Shown here: in pieces, positions 1-10,699 of the stretch | How positions within the stretch are numbered: position 1 is the first letter of the stretch | Layout: each line of letters begins with the position of its first letter | From: Macrostomum hystrix | Taxonomy: Eukaryota > Animalia > Platyhelminthes | Assembly (NCBI GenBank): GCA_950097015.1 | Contig: CATNEN010000033.1 | Location: 2,914,001-2,978,000 of the forward strand | Direction of reading: 5' to 3' | Length of the DNA: 64,000 bases | The notes under the pieces: generated by a model | What the model saw: only the letters and a program-made list of their open reading frames with translations | Told to the model about the DNA's origin: nothing | Databases searched by the model: none | Made by a program: the position numbers and the translations under genes

Positions 1-2
1 CG

Positions 3-392
3 TCTAGATGCGTACAAAGCACTAGACTGCGATGATTCGCGCACGACACGCGTAGACAGCACATCGTTTATTAACATTGCGACATCGTCGTAAAGATCGG
101 CGTTCAGAACCAATTCTTCTGCGGCATCGGCATCTCCATGTGGCACTGTCACATCATATAGCTGTTCATCCGAAACGTTGTTGACATCAGCAATGATGAT
201 CTCCATTGCGACATCAAACAATTCGTCGATGTCAGCTTTCGACTGGGCAGCGAAGTCAGATCCAGTGACAGCAGCAGCAGCAACACAATCAGTATTGGTA
301 GACACAACTTGGGTAGCGGCAGGTTGCATCAAGTCAAGCAGAATCTGCGCCATTTCAATGTCTTCCTCGTGACCGGATGATGTGTCAGTCAT
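3..392 (-). CDS. Acidic orphan ORF, 3'-partial (runs off the window start; absent from the ORF track)
   Basis: Hand translation from ATG at 392: MTDTSSGHEEDIEMAQILLDLMQPAATQVVSTNTDCVAAAAVTGSDFAAQSKADIDELFDVAMEIIIADVNNVSDEQLYDVTVPHGDADAAEELVLNADLYDDVAMLINDVLSTRVVRESSQSSALYASR, 130 codons with no stop. AT-rich spacer upstream. No family recognised. Confidence 0.4.
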   Translation of the reverse strand, partial: MTDTSSGHEEDIEMAQILLDLMQPAATQVVSTNTDCVAAAAVTGSDFAAQSKADIDELFDVAMEIIIADVNNVSDEQLYDVTVPHGDADAAEELVLNADLYDDVAMLINDVLSTRVVRESSQSSALYASR

Positions 393-455
393 GCAATGTC
401 GACTTTGAATAATCAGATGCTTAATCGAATACCAACTTTTAGTTTTATTAATCAG

Positions 456-591
456 TTAATTAATTTCAATATAACTAATGGTAGCAGTGTTTAACAAAAG
501 AGTTGTTACATTCAAATCTGGGTTACTAGCAGCACGATTAGCATCGCCGGGCTCTCCTTCAGTGCCAGTGCCGCCATTGTTGCTGTGACTG

Positions 592-623
<32 letters not shown>

Positions 624-969
624 TATATTGGTGACTGTATATCGGTCAATTGCGCTGCGGCAGTTGCAATTGGCCGACTAAATCACGTGTCGGATTAGCG
701 TTCACAATAGAAAATCTCTGATTGTAAATGCGCACTACACCTGGGCGATGCCATACGTACTGAACACGTTGACGTGAAGGCAGAATAGCAAAATCAGAGT
801 CTGAACTACTATCTGAGCTGTGCCTTCGTCGACGTCGCTCAGTGCCAATCACGACATCCGTGCTGCTACTGACGGTAGGGCACGAGATCGGTTTGTCGTT
901 GCCAGAGTTGTGATCCTCTCTGTCGATATCTCGATCTCCGCCATTCTGCCGCCCACCCAGGGATGACAT
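456..969 (-). CDS. Orphan Ser/Arg-rich ORF (646-969) with possible frameshifted extension to 456
   Basis: ATG preceded by A-rich leader (aaataactacATG). A second frame from about 675 reads RSAIDRYTVTNISSSSSSSSNSSHSNNGGTGTEGEPGD...YIEIN* (TAA 456-458). No family recognised. Confidence 0.25.
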
Positions 970-1974
970 GTAGTTATTTATTTTTTACGATTAATTCATT
1001 GTTTTCAGAATTAAATTCGAATCAAAAGTCACTCTTCTCTTCGCCACTCATGAAATGCTATCATTTAAATAGTCTGAAACCATAGGCCTTATCTACCATC
1101 ATTCCTGTCGCTTCTTTGACTCTCTCTAGCCTCTCTTATGACTTTCTTGAAGTAGCTGCTGTTTGCCGTTTTTTGTTGCTTGCCGCTTCTTACTCGGACT
1201 GTCCTTCTTCTTCCACATCTCAGTCGCTTTTTCTCCGCTCGCTTGTTGGCGCCGCCGAAAACTAGCTCTAGGGACAGACGAATGCAATTTATTTTTAGCA
1301 ACAGCAGCTTGTACCATTCCGATTTAGGGTATAAAAAACCAGTGACACTGGATTTAAGAATGCTTAACATTCCCAAACCACCTTTCTAGGTGGGTATCAA
1401 GGACTAGTAAAGTAACGTTTCTACTTTAGTAGTCCTTGGTGGGTATTCGAACAGAAAGATTTTAATTTTGCAGAGATGTCGTGAGACCAAACAAACATGC
1501 CCCATAGTGGTAAGAGAGACAAATATCGACTCAAAAAATTGAAAATGCGAGGATGATACTAAATTCTCGTGACACTCGTTATCAATGTCTACTATAACAT
1601 GCACTAAAATTTGTCTTTACGTTGCCTCAAAGTATTCAAAGTGTGTTGATGATCTCATTATACTTAGATTGTCATTTCAAAGTGACACCTGCAGGTTCAT
1701 TGACCTTTGGTGATGACCAATAGTCTGCCTTATATAGACTATTATCTGTTCATATAGAAGCAGCTAGGAGTGAAAAGCTTTCATTTCTTTTTTTTATATC
1801 CACAAACGACCGGGAAAGAGAGTTGGAAAACTATATGAATCCACGGCAGCGCATCCTATTGTGAGCTCGAGTACAGAGCCGACACAAAAAATTTACTAAG
1901 ATATCCGTGGCTCCTTTTTTATATTGAAGCAATTAGTTGTGCGACGCATGTGGTGAATCAGATGGTTGCTGCGC

Positions 1975-2470
1975 AGGAAAACTCCAAACTTAATTTCCAA
2001 CGGCTGGTTGTTATTCAAGGATACGGTCGTAGACGTTATAAGACACCAGGGTGAGTTCAAAAACCTCCTTTCTGTCGGAGTTTGGAAATTTGGGTTTGCT
2101 GCCATAGTTGCAAATAAGCAGATCATGCGCATTGATAAAATCAATAGGCAAGTCGCCTCTAGGGTTTGTCACTGCTGGCCCAGACAGTTGTGTGCATTGG
2201 CGTCACAGCCAATCATCATCAGCCTCTTCCTCTCCATGTTGCAGAAGCCTGCAAGCTCCAGTATGAGCGGCGAGGGAACGTCAGCCTGGAAGTCCAAGTA
2301 GGCGGAGTTAAAAATCATATCGAATGTGATAAATGTACATTAAGAACATCTGTATAATAGTGACTGGGAGTTCCTTGCGAACCAGGGAGTGATAGAGGAA
2401 TCGATAGCCACTGGGCAGCCCGGTGGGTTTGCTCCTGTGGGTGTAAGGCTCTAGGATGAGGTAAATTTGA
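1975..2470 (-). pseudogene. Non-LTR retrotransposon APE-type endonuclease remnant (R1/LOA-like motifs)
   Basis: Frameshifted pieces read IYLILEPY...[37 protein letters not shown](T)NPRGD..IDFINAHDLLICNYG, EVFELTLVS. These match the conserved APE motifs LIQEP, SAYL, GCDANAH, TNxRG and DLTL. Several stops and frameshifts. Confidence 0.75.
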
Positions 2471-2514
2471 GTCGAAAAATCTCTTAGATTTGTTGCGGAT
2501 TTTTTTATCATTCC

Positions 2515-4356
2515 TCGGCAACCTCGCATTCGACTTCAACAAAAGACGTTCATTTTCAGCAAAGTGCACTCAATTTCAAACGGTCACATTTTTCTTGTAT
2601 TGTCTATGGAAAAAAATTGTCGCAGCGTGTGAAAAGAGTCATTCGATTTCAACATTTTGCACTCAAATGCAACATTTTCATTGTAATTAAACAGAACTGA
2701 GCAGTTGCACTACAGTGACAGTGAAGAGAAGGCTCGTTACATGTAGAATTCAGAAATATAGAAAGTAGAAACATATTCAAGCGCAAGGTTCAAGCATACG
2801 ATAAAATATAAAGCTGGGAAACACAGTTTTACTGTTAACAAACAATCCGAGTTAGCTTTGAAAACTTGAGACGAAAAGGAAAGAATCGATCATTGCCTCA
2901 ATTTTACTTAGTCGGCACTATTCTAATCTCCGTTGATTACCATTCCAGACAGGCATCTTGGCACAAAGCTGAAGCAGTGGTTGTACCACTGCATAACCTT
3001 GCCCTGCGAAACACTCTCGTTAACGGTCAGGTCAGCAAATCGCTGTAGTTCGTCCCTGCGAAAGGCAGCCAGCGAACGCCCAGCTCGAATCTCTGCAGAT
3101 TGACTAATAAAAATGTCGCGATTTCCATTCAGTTCTCTTTTGATCGCCGCCTTCCACGCGGAGATAGCGCTTTCTACGGGTGTCAGAAAAGGGCTGTATC
3201 GCGGTAGTCGACGAAATTCGGCTGCCCCAACAGCTTCTTGTAGTTCAGCGTTATTGTGGCTGCTGACGTTATCAAATATGAAGTAAGCCCTTTGATGCGG
3301 AAAAGCCATTTGCGCGTTACCAATTGAAATTTGCAAAAATTCTGCAAATCTTTCCTTGGTCATTCCGCGATCATATGCTTGGTAGTGGATCACGCTGACC
3401 TGTGGCGAAACAAGCGAGGCAAATAGTGATACGAGTGCCCTTCTGGCCCGCAACTATTCGGTATGCGCGCTCGCCTCGAAGCGCTCGTCCTTGCTGACAT
3501 CTTGTCCAGGTATCAAAGGCGAACTCGTCGATAAAAACTTTAGGAGAGTTCACAACATCTGCAGAGCACCACCAATTGCAATAGGCTTCTCGCTCAGCTA
3601 AGACAGCCGGCGAGTTCCTCTCCGCAGGAACGTCCCGAACCAGCTTAACGGTGTATGCTAGACCATCGAGATGTCGGCTCAGTGTTGTCACTGATACATA
3701 TGGCTTCTCGGGGAACCTCGCTTGCAGGCAGTCCTTAATCTCTGCGAGTGTAAGAACAGGGTTATCATCCAGTAGTTCGGTGCAGTATTGCTCCATCTGC
3801 TCGTCAAACTTTGAATGCGCTCTACCGCCCCTGGGTCTCTTTTCCCGACGACCAGATCGCACGATGGAATAGGCTGTAACTCGATTTATATTCATCAGTC
3901 TTGCGAGCTGAAAGTAATCTTGCCCATTCACATGAGCATCAAGAAGGCGGCCTCTATCATCATCTGACACTCTGCCGTATGGCCCACGGGTTTCATCATC
4001 ACACTGATCTTCTTCAAGAAATTCTTCGTCTCCATCTTCTTAAAGTAGCTCTTCGTCACTGTATTTCTCTGTTGAAAAAGTGTGGTCTTTCGCTTCAATA
4101 AAACTTGCTGACGTTCTGTACATGTACTGAGAACCAGAGGTTTTGATATAAATGTCGTCTTCACAAAAACGTCTATGGTTGAAATTGAATGCAAAACATT
4201 GAATTTGAGTGCAAATTGTTGAAATCGAAAGACTATTTTCACACGCTGCGACAAATTTTTGCCATAGACAATACAAGAAAAATGTGACCGGTTGAAATTG
4301 AGTGCACTTTGCTGAAAATGAGCGTCCTTTGTTGAAGTCGAATGCGAGGTTGCCGA
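2515..4356 (-). mobile_element. IS630/Tc1-like DNA transposon, copy A, with about 165-bp inverted repeats
   Basis: 2515-2680 (tcggcaacctcgcattcgacttcaacaaaagacg...) is the near-identical reverse complement of 4195-4356. Encloses a DDE transposase. No TA TSD visible at the matched ends. Confidence 0.85.
2923..3970 (-). pseudogene. IS630/Tc1-like transposase (N-terminal HTH plus DDE), broken by a 1-nt insertion
   Basis: ORFs 3371-3970 and 2923-3453 join as ...VFIDE...RITICLA/VSPQVSVIHY...FIFDNVSSH...LPRYSPFLTPVE. An extra T at about 3412 (GCT T GTT TCG) explains the shift, by comparison with copy B (TVCCAVSPGIGV). Confidence 0.9.
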
Positions 4357-4785
4357 ATTTGGATGCTGGTCTGACTGGCTAAAAATACATTGATGAATTT
4401 GATTGCAAGCTTGCTGAAATTGAATGAGCGTTTGTTTGAAATTGAACGAAAAAATGTGTATATTAATCAACAACACAAAAGTACATGTTGAAACATTAGT
4501 TGTTATTCATAGTTCAATAATTAACGAGTAATAAGTCATCAACTAAGCCATCCAATGTTAAAAGAAGAAGCTGAGTCGCACTCCATCTGTCGAGATAAAC
4601 ATCTCTCCATAATATTTATAATTTATGTCTTAATTTTCAGTTTCTCACCCAGATTTATTCTACATTTGTTTGTTCCCGCAATGCTGCACTCCAGCTCACT
4701 TAGCATTCTGATTCCCATAGAATTCCACACCGCAGTGTAATATCACTTTAATTTTACGCTCGTACTCTCTCAGCATTCGCTCCTC

Positions 4786-6616
4786 CCATAGACACCCCTT
4801 ACTGTACCCTCCATCGTTCTAGCTACACTTAAATATACTAAGCAAAGATCTTTCTCAGACTTACGTCTCATAATTCAACCACAGCAAAAATAACAATAAA
4901 CACTCTTTCCTTAACGGAAATCTTACATTATTTCCTAAACGGAAACCATCCTTTTCAAGAACCGCGGTAGACTTGTCTGGATTATCCGATGGCGTAGCTA
5001 CAGTCGACGGCACAACGATTGTGGCTCGCTTTGATGAGGAGGCACCATCCGACAGAGAATCCGCATTCAGAGCGACGCTAAGCGATTCGGAAATTTGTTG
5101 CTTCCGCTTCTCAGAAATTCTGCTGACATAGCGAACAACAGCCGCGTCACTCCGATGCCCTGTGAAATGGTCGCCGCATAAAAAATCTATTTAATAATCT
5201 GCCAATTAAACACACCAAAATACTACGCACGTACACTCGTACCTGTCACAGATTTGATCTCCTGCAAACTGTGTCCGGCTTCCGTCAGGTTAGTAACAAC
5301 TGTTGCGCTAATGCAATGGTTGGTGTACTCGAACTGTAGACCAGCGCGCTTTGAGATGCCCTTCATCATATCGAATAGTGTGTTCTTTCCCAGAACCTGC
5401 TAATGAGAATACCATACTGCCGAATCAGGCCTGACCTTGATCGGCTTCGGAAACAAAACATCCGTTCCTGGTCGCAGCTTAGACACGTACAGGTCCACGG
5501 CTTCTACTGGACAATTCTGGCCTTGGATACTGAACATTCTTATCTGCTTGCTTGTCCTGCACTTGCCACGGTCTTCGGCAGTGATATATAGTCTTCTCCC
5601 GACCAGTTTGGATCATGTCAATGCACCTCACATTATTGACCATAGAGAATTGCAGTGAAGACAACTTCAGATCCCTAATCCATTCACGACCTCGAAATCC
5701 GAAATGGTAGACGATATAAAAAAACACTTCATCCTGAAGCCGCACTGGATCCCGTCGAGTGAAATATTGTTTCAGAAGGGCCATGTCGGAATCCGTGATC
5801 GCGCTGAATCCAGGCTGTTCGCCCGAAGTTCGCTCTCGTAGCTGGCCAACTAAGGCGCAGAACAAACGAATAGGTTTCGTTGCTCAGCCGGAATACTTCG
5901 TTGCCAATGATATCAATGCGCGTGTCTCCTTTACAAATCGCTGAATGCTTGCCCGAAAGCCACGAATCGTATCCGGTGCATAGGTCTTCGTTCCAAGCGC
6001 AGGATTCGCTCGCAGACTAACATACCATAGGCGAAGATAGCCGTCTAAGTAGCGTAATGGCATGCTCTCGATGTCGTCAGGCAGGTTTTTCTCTCGAAGA
6101 AATTTCTTGAACCGATCAACGTGATTCTTAGTAGTCGCTACGGTGGATGGTGACTTGGACGATTGCTCAAGCCGTTTTGATGCCCTCTAGCTCTTGCACA
6201 TCCAAGTCACGATACGAAACTTCCGGATCCCGTAGATCCGTCAGAAATGTCTCCACCTCATTGAGGTCCAGGATTGGCAGTCCCGACCACTGATCGATCG
6301 TCGCCTCGGCGCACTTGGACAATTTGGACATGAAATCCAATTCAGCACTATCCAAGCCACTAATATCGCCAGTGGCAATTCTTTGCAAGTTAATCATTTT
6401 CAGGTTAACGCTCCTGAATTATATTCTCGCCCTCCGAATTCTCTCGGCTTCTTAAAAAAATAGAGTAAAATCTCAGTTTTCCATAGGCTAAAGTGCCGGG
6501 CAGGAATGATTTAGACGCGGGCAGGAATGCATTCCGTGCCCGCTACTTTCGTCTATGACTCTATGAATCATGCTTGTGGCGCCCTTGAAATTATGAGACA
6601 ACACAGCTGTCTATGG
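4786..6616 (-). mobile_element. Crypton-like element 1 (tyrosine recombinase transposon), putative bounds
   Basis: Encloses a YR pseudogene. Bounded by CCATAGAC (4786-4793) and GTCTATGG (6609-6616). Bounds are inferred. Confidence 0.55.
4861..6397 (-). pseudogene. Crypton/DUF3504-type tyrosine recombinase pseudogene with one intron (5160-5242)
   Basis: Stitched frames: STVATTKNHVDRFKKFL...LRLWYVSLR...TYAPDTIRGFRASIQRFV; LQDEVFFYIVYHFGFRGREWIRDL; CPVEAVDLYVSKLRP; WYSH*QVLGKNTLFDMMKGISKRAGL; YTNHCISATVVTNLTEAGHSLQEIKSVTG|HRSDAAVVRY. Several frameshifts, one stop, HxxR degraded to HCIS. Confidence 0.85.
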
Positions 6617-6666
6617 ATTTGAGGGTCGAAATGAGTGGAATTCGAGGTCTGCGAAGCTAATTCTAA

Positions 6667-7552
6667 CCATAGACGAAGTAAAATAAAAAAAGCTTGGGTA
6701 CAGTTACTAAAAAGAGAAGCGAAGCTTGCAGAGGGAGAAATCTCAACTAAATCTCTTATTTATAAAAAACAACGAAATTCCGAGCTATTTTCAACATGAG
6801 TGACAATGAAGACATGAGCTTCAGTTTTGAACGTATTAGTCTTGCTGAAGTCCAAGCTGTTCTGGATCACTTGTCAAATGCTCCTCTGGCAACCGACTAC
6901 AACGAAGATGAGCAAAGACTCAATGAAATGATTGCGTCTGTTGTGCCGCAAGCGACAAAGAAGAAGTGCAATTGGATGGTAGAGGTCTTTCGATCATGGC
7001 ATGAAGACAAGAAGACTCAATGGGCTAAGTCAGAACGTGGACCGAGTTTGGTGTTGGCCGACCTATCCGAGATGTGCAAGCCCGATCTCAACTACGCTTT
7101 GAAGTGGTTTATTATAGAGATACGAAATAAGCGTGGTGATCGCTATGCCGCTTCTACTTTGATGGACTTCTTTAGCATGCTGCAATACTATTTGGTAAAC
7201 GAGTGTGGAAAGCCATGGAGCCTCTGGACGGATATGGAATTCAATGGAAGCCGGCGTGCGCTTGATGCTTCAATGAAGCTGAGTACCCGTGAGGGAAAGG
7301 GCAGTGGATTGCGACGTGCAGGACCGGTTCCACCTAGCATCGAGGAGAAGCTCGATGTTATGCTTGGTAGTGAGGTCTTATTTGGCTCGTGCCAAATAAA
7401 CGACTTTAACATTGGACCATAGATTTATTTGGAGCGGCCAAAAGGGGTATAAATTGAGTGCTCGCAGTATTTATTTGGATGCAAAAAAATAGAACCTATG
7501 AACAAGAAATTGAATCCAACTGAATCGGGGCCTCACGGCTAGTAGTCTATGG
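6667..7552 (+). mobile_element. Crypton-like element 2 (internally deleted), putative bounds
   Basis: CCATAGAC at 6667-6674 and GTCTATGG at 7545-7552 bracket the truncated YR ORF. Bounds are inferred. Confidence 0.5.
6796..7422 (+). pseudogene. N-terminal half of a DUF3504/Crypton-type tyrosine recombinase, truncated after EEKL
   Basis: ATKKKCNWMVEVFRSW, LNYALKWFIIEIRNKRGDRYAASTL, LQYYL, FNGSRRALDASMKLSTREGKG and PSIEEKL match the N-terminal pattern of Crypton/ZMYM/QRICH1 DUF3504 proteins. The catalytic region is missing. Confidence 0.75.
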
Positions 7553-8145
7553 CAAAACCTGAGTCAAAGCATCTAAACAATAAAAACATGTACTGAAATG
7601 CGTGCTCGAAGGATTCACTTGCTTGACGCTTTGACCAAGGATATAATTGGTCATTTATAACTTATTATTAAGTTGTTAAGTAATAAGTTATTAAGTTGTC
7701 CTTGGCTTTTACACAGTTTTTTTGCCATAGGTTACTACACCTTTTTTCCATTCTATTTTGGCAATCGTGCAATCAAAGTCGAAATCTTTTCATTCAATTC
7801 AGACAGTTTATGTTAGTTCTTGGCCGGACGTGCATTCAATTCCGACAAATGTGCTTTCAAAAGCGACAATTTTCAAACAAAGCAAACAAGCTACCACGAG
7901 AAACCGACACTTTGCAATCAATTCAAACAATTTGCAATCAATTCCGACAGTTGGCTATGAATTGGCTTTTTCTGTCCTCCTATCTATGGCTCATACTGTG
8001 AAATTTCCAATCAATTCCGACATATTTCAATCTATTTAGACAATCCATTGGAGTACATACTGCATGTACTGTAAATTTACAGTATACTTCAAAATGAAAC
8101 AGTCAGCAGAGTTCATGAGGTTCATAAAGATTCAGCAGTCAGGTT

Positions 8146-8943
8146 TTAGCCATCAATCGGCACTTCCGCAATGCAGCGCGGTACACAAGTCAGACAATGG
8201 TTGTACCAAGCCGTGCAGTTGGCTCCGGTGACGACATTTACAGTACTATTCGTTACTCCCTCAAGCATATCACGCCGATATGCTGCTTTGGTTCGTCCAA
8301 CAAGAGCTTGCTGGTCGGGGTTCAGAAAGGCGTCGATGTTTGTGGCTAGCTCGACTTCAATCGCAGCCTTCCAAGCCGATATCGCATTCTCGACGGGTGT
8401 CAGGAATGGGCTATGGGGAGGCAGGCGTCGCATCTCGATAACTCCAGGAAGTTCCTGATCTTCTCCGTCGTTATGACTACTTACGTTGTCATAAATGACA
8501 AAGGCTGGCTGGTTGAATGCTTCTTGCATGTTGCCGACCAAGATGTTAAGAAATTCCGCGAATATTTATTTTGTCATGCCGGTTGGGTACGTCTGGAGTG
8601 CAGTTACTCCGATACCAGGTGAAACTGCACAACAGACCGTCAGTCGTGGGCCCTTCGATCCTGCAACACGCCGATATGCTCTCTGACCCTGTTGAGCACG
8701 GCCCTGCGACCTCCGTGTCCAGCAGTCGAACTCAAATTAGTTGACGTAAACTTTCGGCCGGTTTAAAACTTCAGCTGAACACCACCATTCGCAATAGGCA
8801 CGACGCAGTTGCAAATTAGCTGGTGAGTTTCGCTCTACTGGCTGGTCTCTTAGCAACTTAGTGGTGTAGAGCATTTTGTCTAGATGACGACTGACTGTAG
8901 AAATTGCTACTTCGGGTTTTTCAGGAAAGCGAGCATGAAGGCC
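8146..8943 (-). pseudogene. IS630/Tc1-like transposase pseudogene, copy B (diverged subfamily, 5'-truncated)
   Basis: One frame: LHARFPEKPEVAISTVSRHLD...RPKVYVN*FEFDCWTRRSQG...GMTK*IFAEFL...IYDNVSSH...LPPHSPFLTPVENAISAWKAAI. Stops near 8737 and at 8566-8568. First catalytic D appears as N. Clearly homologous to copy A. Confidence 0.9.
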
Positions 8944-8959
8944 AGTCGATTGCTTGGAC

Positions 8960-9140
8960 ACCTCGATAGGACGCTCTAAGGCGCCGCTTACAGCCGTCGA
9001 CGCTTCAAAAACTGTGCATTCGCACTTCCTTGCTAGATATCGGCGCACCGTTCTTTCGCTCTTCTGACCGGTGATGCACATGATTCGTTCATTCCATGGC
9101 CAGTCTCGTGCAAGTCATGGCAGCAGCTACCTCAGAATTT
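8960..9140 (-). pseudogene. C-terminal fragment of a third Crypton-type tyrosine recombinase
   Basis: Frameshifted LHETGHGMNE/IMCITGQKSERTVRRYLARK...STAVSGAL aligns by eye with LTEAGHSLQEIKSVTGHRSDAAVVRYVSR...SESLSVAL of element 1. Confidence 0.6.
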
Positions 9141-10514
9141 CTTGCGGCGCCTAATTTTGGGAATGCCACGCCGCGTTTCCGCTCTGGTTGAGGTTCGTGG
9201 TTGCTACACGCGCTATTGACAGTTTTGTATGAGTTCTCACATTAAGTTCGGCTTGTACTACAAGCTACAATGTAACATTTGTAGCAACATATGTTATTTA
9301 ATAGCACACCCCAATTTCCATGCTACTGTCAGGTAGTTTGACCCTCTTTCGTTTCTCAGGTTACGGAGTCGGGGTGGGTGAGCAGAGTGCATTGCGTCAT
9401 TCGCGGTTTTTCACCTCTCTCTCAGGTGCACATTGCGTCATTTGTGGTAGTGAGTTGAGATGAATCGTTTCCCTCGCTCTAGGGTGGCGGCTTTTAATGT
9501 TGCTGAGTCTAATACCTAAATCTGTGTATGTTTCTGCCTATGTCTGTCTGTCTGTCTGTCTGTCTGTCCGTATGTTTCACGTTTTAAGCTGAATGCCTGG
9601 ACCATTTTCAACCGGATTTGTTGAATTCGATTCGAAATTTTCAGCCGGTGGTGTGGCTTAAAATTGGTTGAATTCTGTTTATATTAAGACTGTTAAATTG
9701 ACAGAAAACTGTATTTTTTGCAAAGTTCATTCAAGTTCAAACATGCTCGGCTGCTCTGGCTTGCTAAAAGTGTTCATTTCATTAGATTGCATCAGCAGTG
9801 CCCAAGTTCAATTTACTCTCTTACCCTCTTTTCTGCATAGGCTAAAAAATCCATGCGCATCAATGTGCGTGTGGACCTTTCCTGCCGGCCAAATGAATTG
9901 CCCAGTGCTAAATGTGCATATCGTGTGTATTTGTGGGTCCCGCTTACCCTGGCTGGCTGAATTATTCATTGCTAGCCTAGACGCACTAAAATGTACACTT
10001 CTTAGCTAGCTAGCAGTGAGAGATTCAAACATAAATATGCAGATTTTTGTGCCCTCACATCAACGGTCGGATAGCCAGCTGGTAGGCACTTAGGCTAGGT
10101 TAGGCTAGGATTCCCCGGCTCGAGTCCCCAGTGCGGCTGGCAAATTAATTGTCTTAATGGATGCCACCTGCTACTTTCAGTAACAGTCAGTGTGCTAAGT
10201 AACCTTTTTTCTTTTGTATGTTTCACGTATGTTTCACGTTTTTAAGCTGAATGCTAAATGAGATTATCGCTTACATTTGCGATTGGCTGCTGCATTCAAT
10301 ACAGAAATTTCTGTATTGACAGGGTACAGTTTGTACAGGTACAAAGGCGAATGTACAAATCAGGAGTACATATGCAACAGATATTGATTTAAAGGTATGA
10401 GAGCTGCATGGTTTGTTTCTTCAAATTTATTCACCCATCGCTTTGTCTATAAAAAGCATTTCGTATATCTGAACACTTTTATCGGATTTTTGTCTTCATT
10501 GTCTAAGCAAAGTA

Positions 10515-10688
10515 ATGCCTAAGCGCAAGAGCTTTCTCCAAAAGAGCCGCCAAGCGAAGCAGCATCGCCGTGCTGAAACAGACGATGAAAGAGAAGAGCG
10601 TCTTCGGAAGAATCGTGAGTATGCACGTAGGCGTCGAGAGGAGGAAAATGAATCGAGTACAGGTCTCGATTGTCCAACAGTTTTTTAA
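10515..10688 (+). pseudogene. Short ORF resembling the basic/STPR-like N-terminus of Helitron Rep proteins
   Basis: MPKRKSFLQKSRQAKQHRRAETDDEREERLRKNREYARRRREEENESSTGLDCPTVF* (57 aa), with an ETxxERxxRLxxxR pattern. Ends where the minisatellite begins. Confidence 0.5.
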
Positions 10689-10699
10689 ATGTCCTACAG

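Noticed and set aside
3400-3453. Programmed frameshift between the two transposase ORFs, as in some bacterial IS630 elements
   Set aside because: No slippery run at the junction. A single extra T explains it, and copy B is in one frame there.
3928-4476. 182-aa ORF upstream of transposase A
   Set aside because: It runs through the TIR and subterminal motifs, uses a non-ATG start and has no protein-like features.
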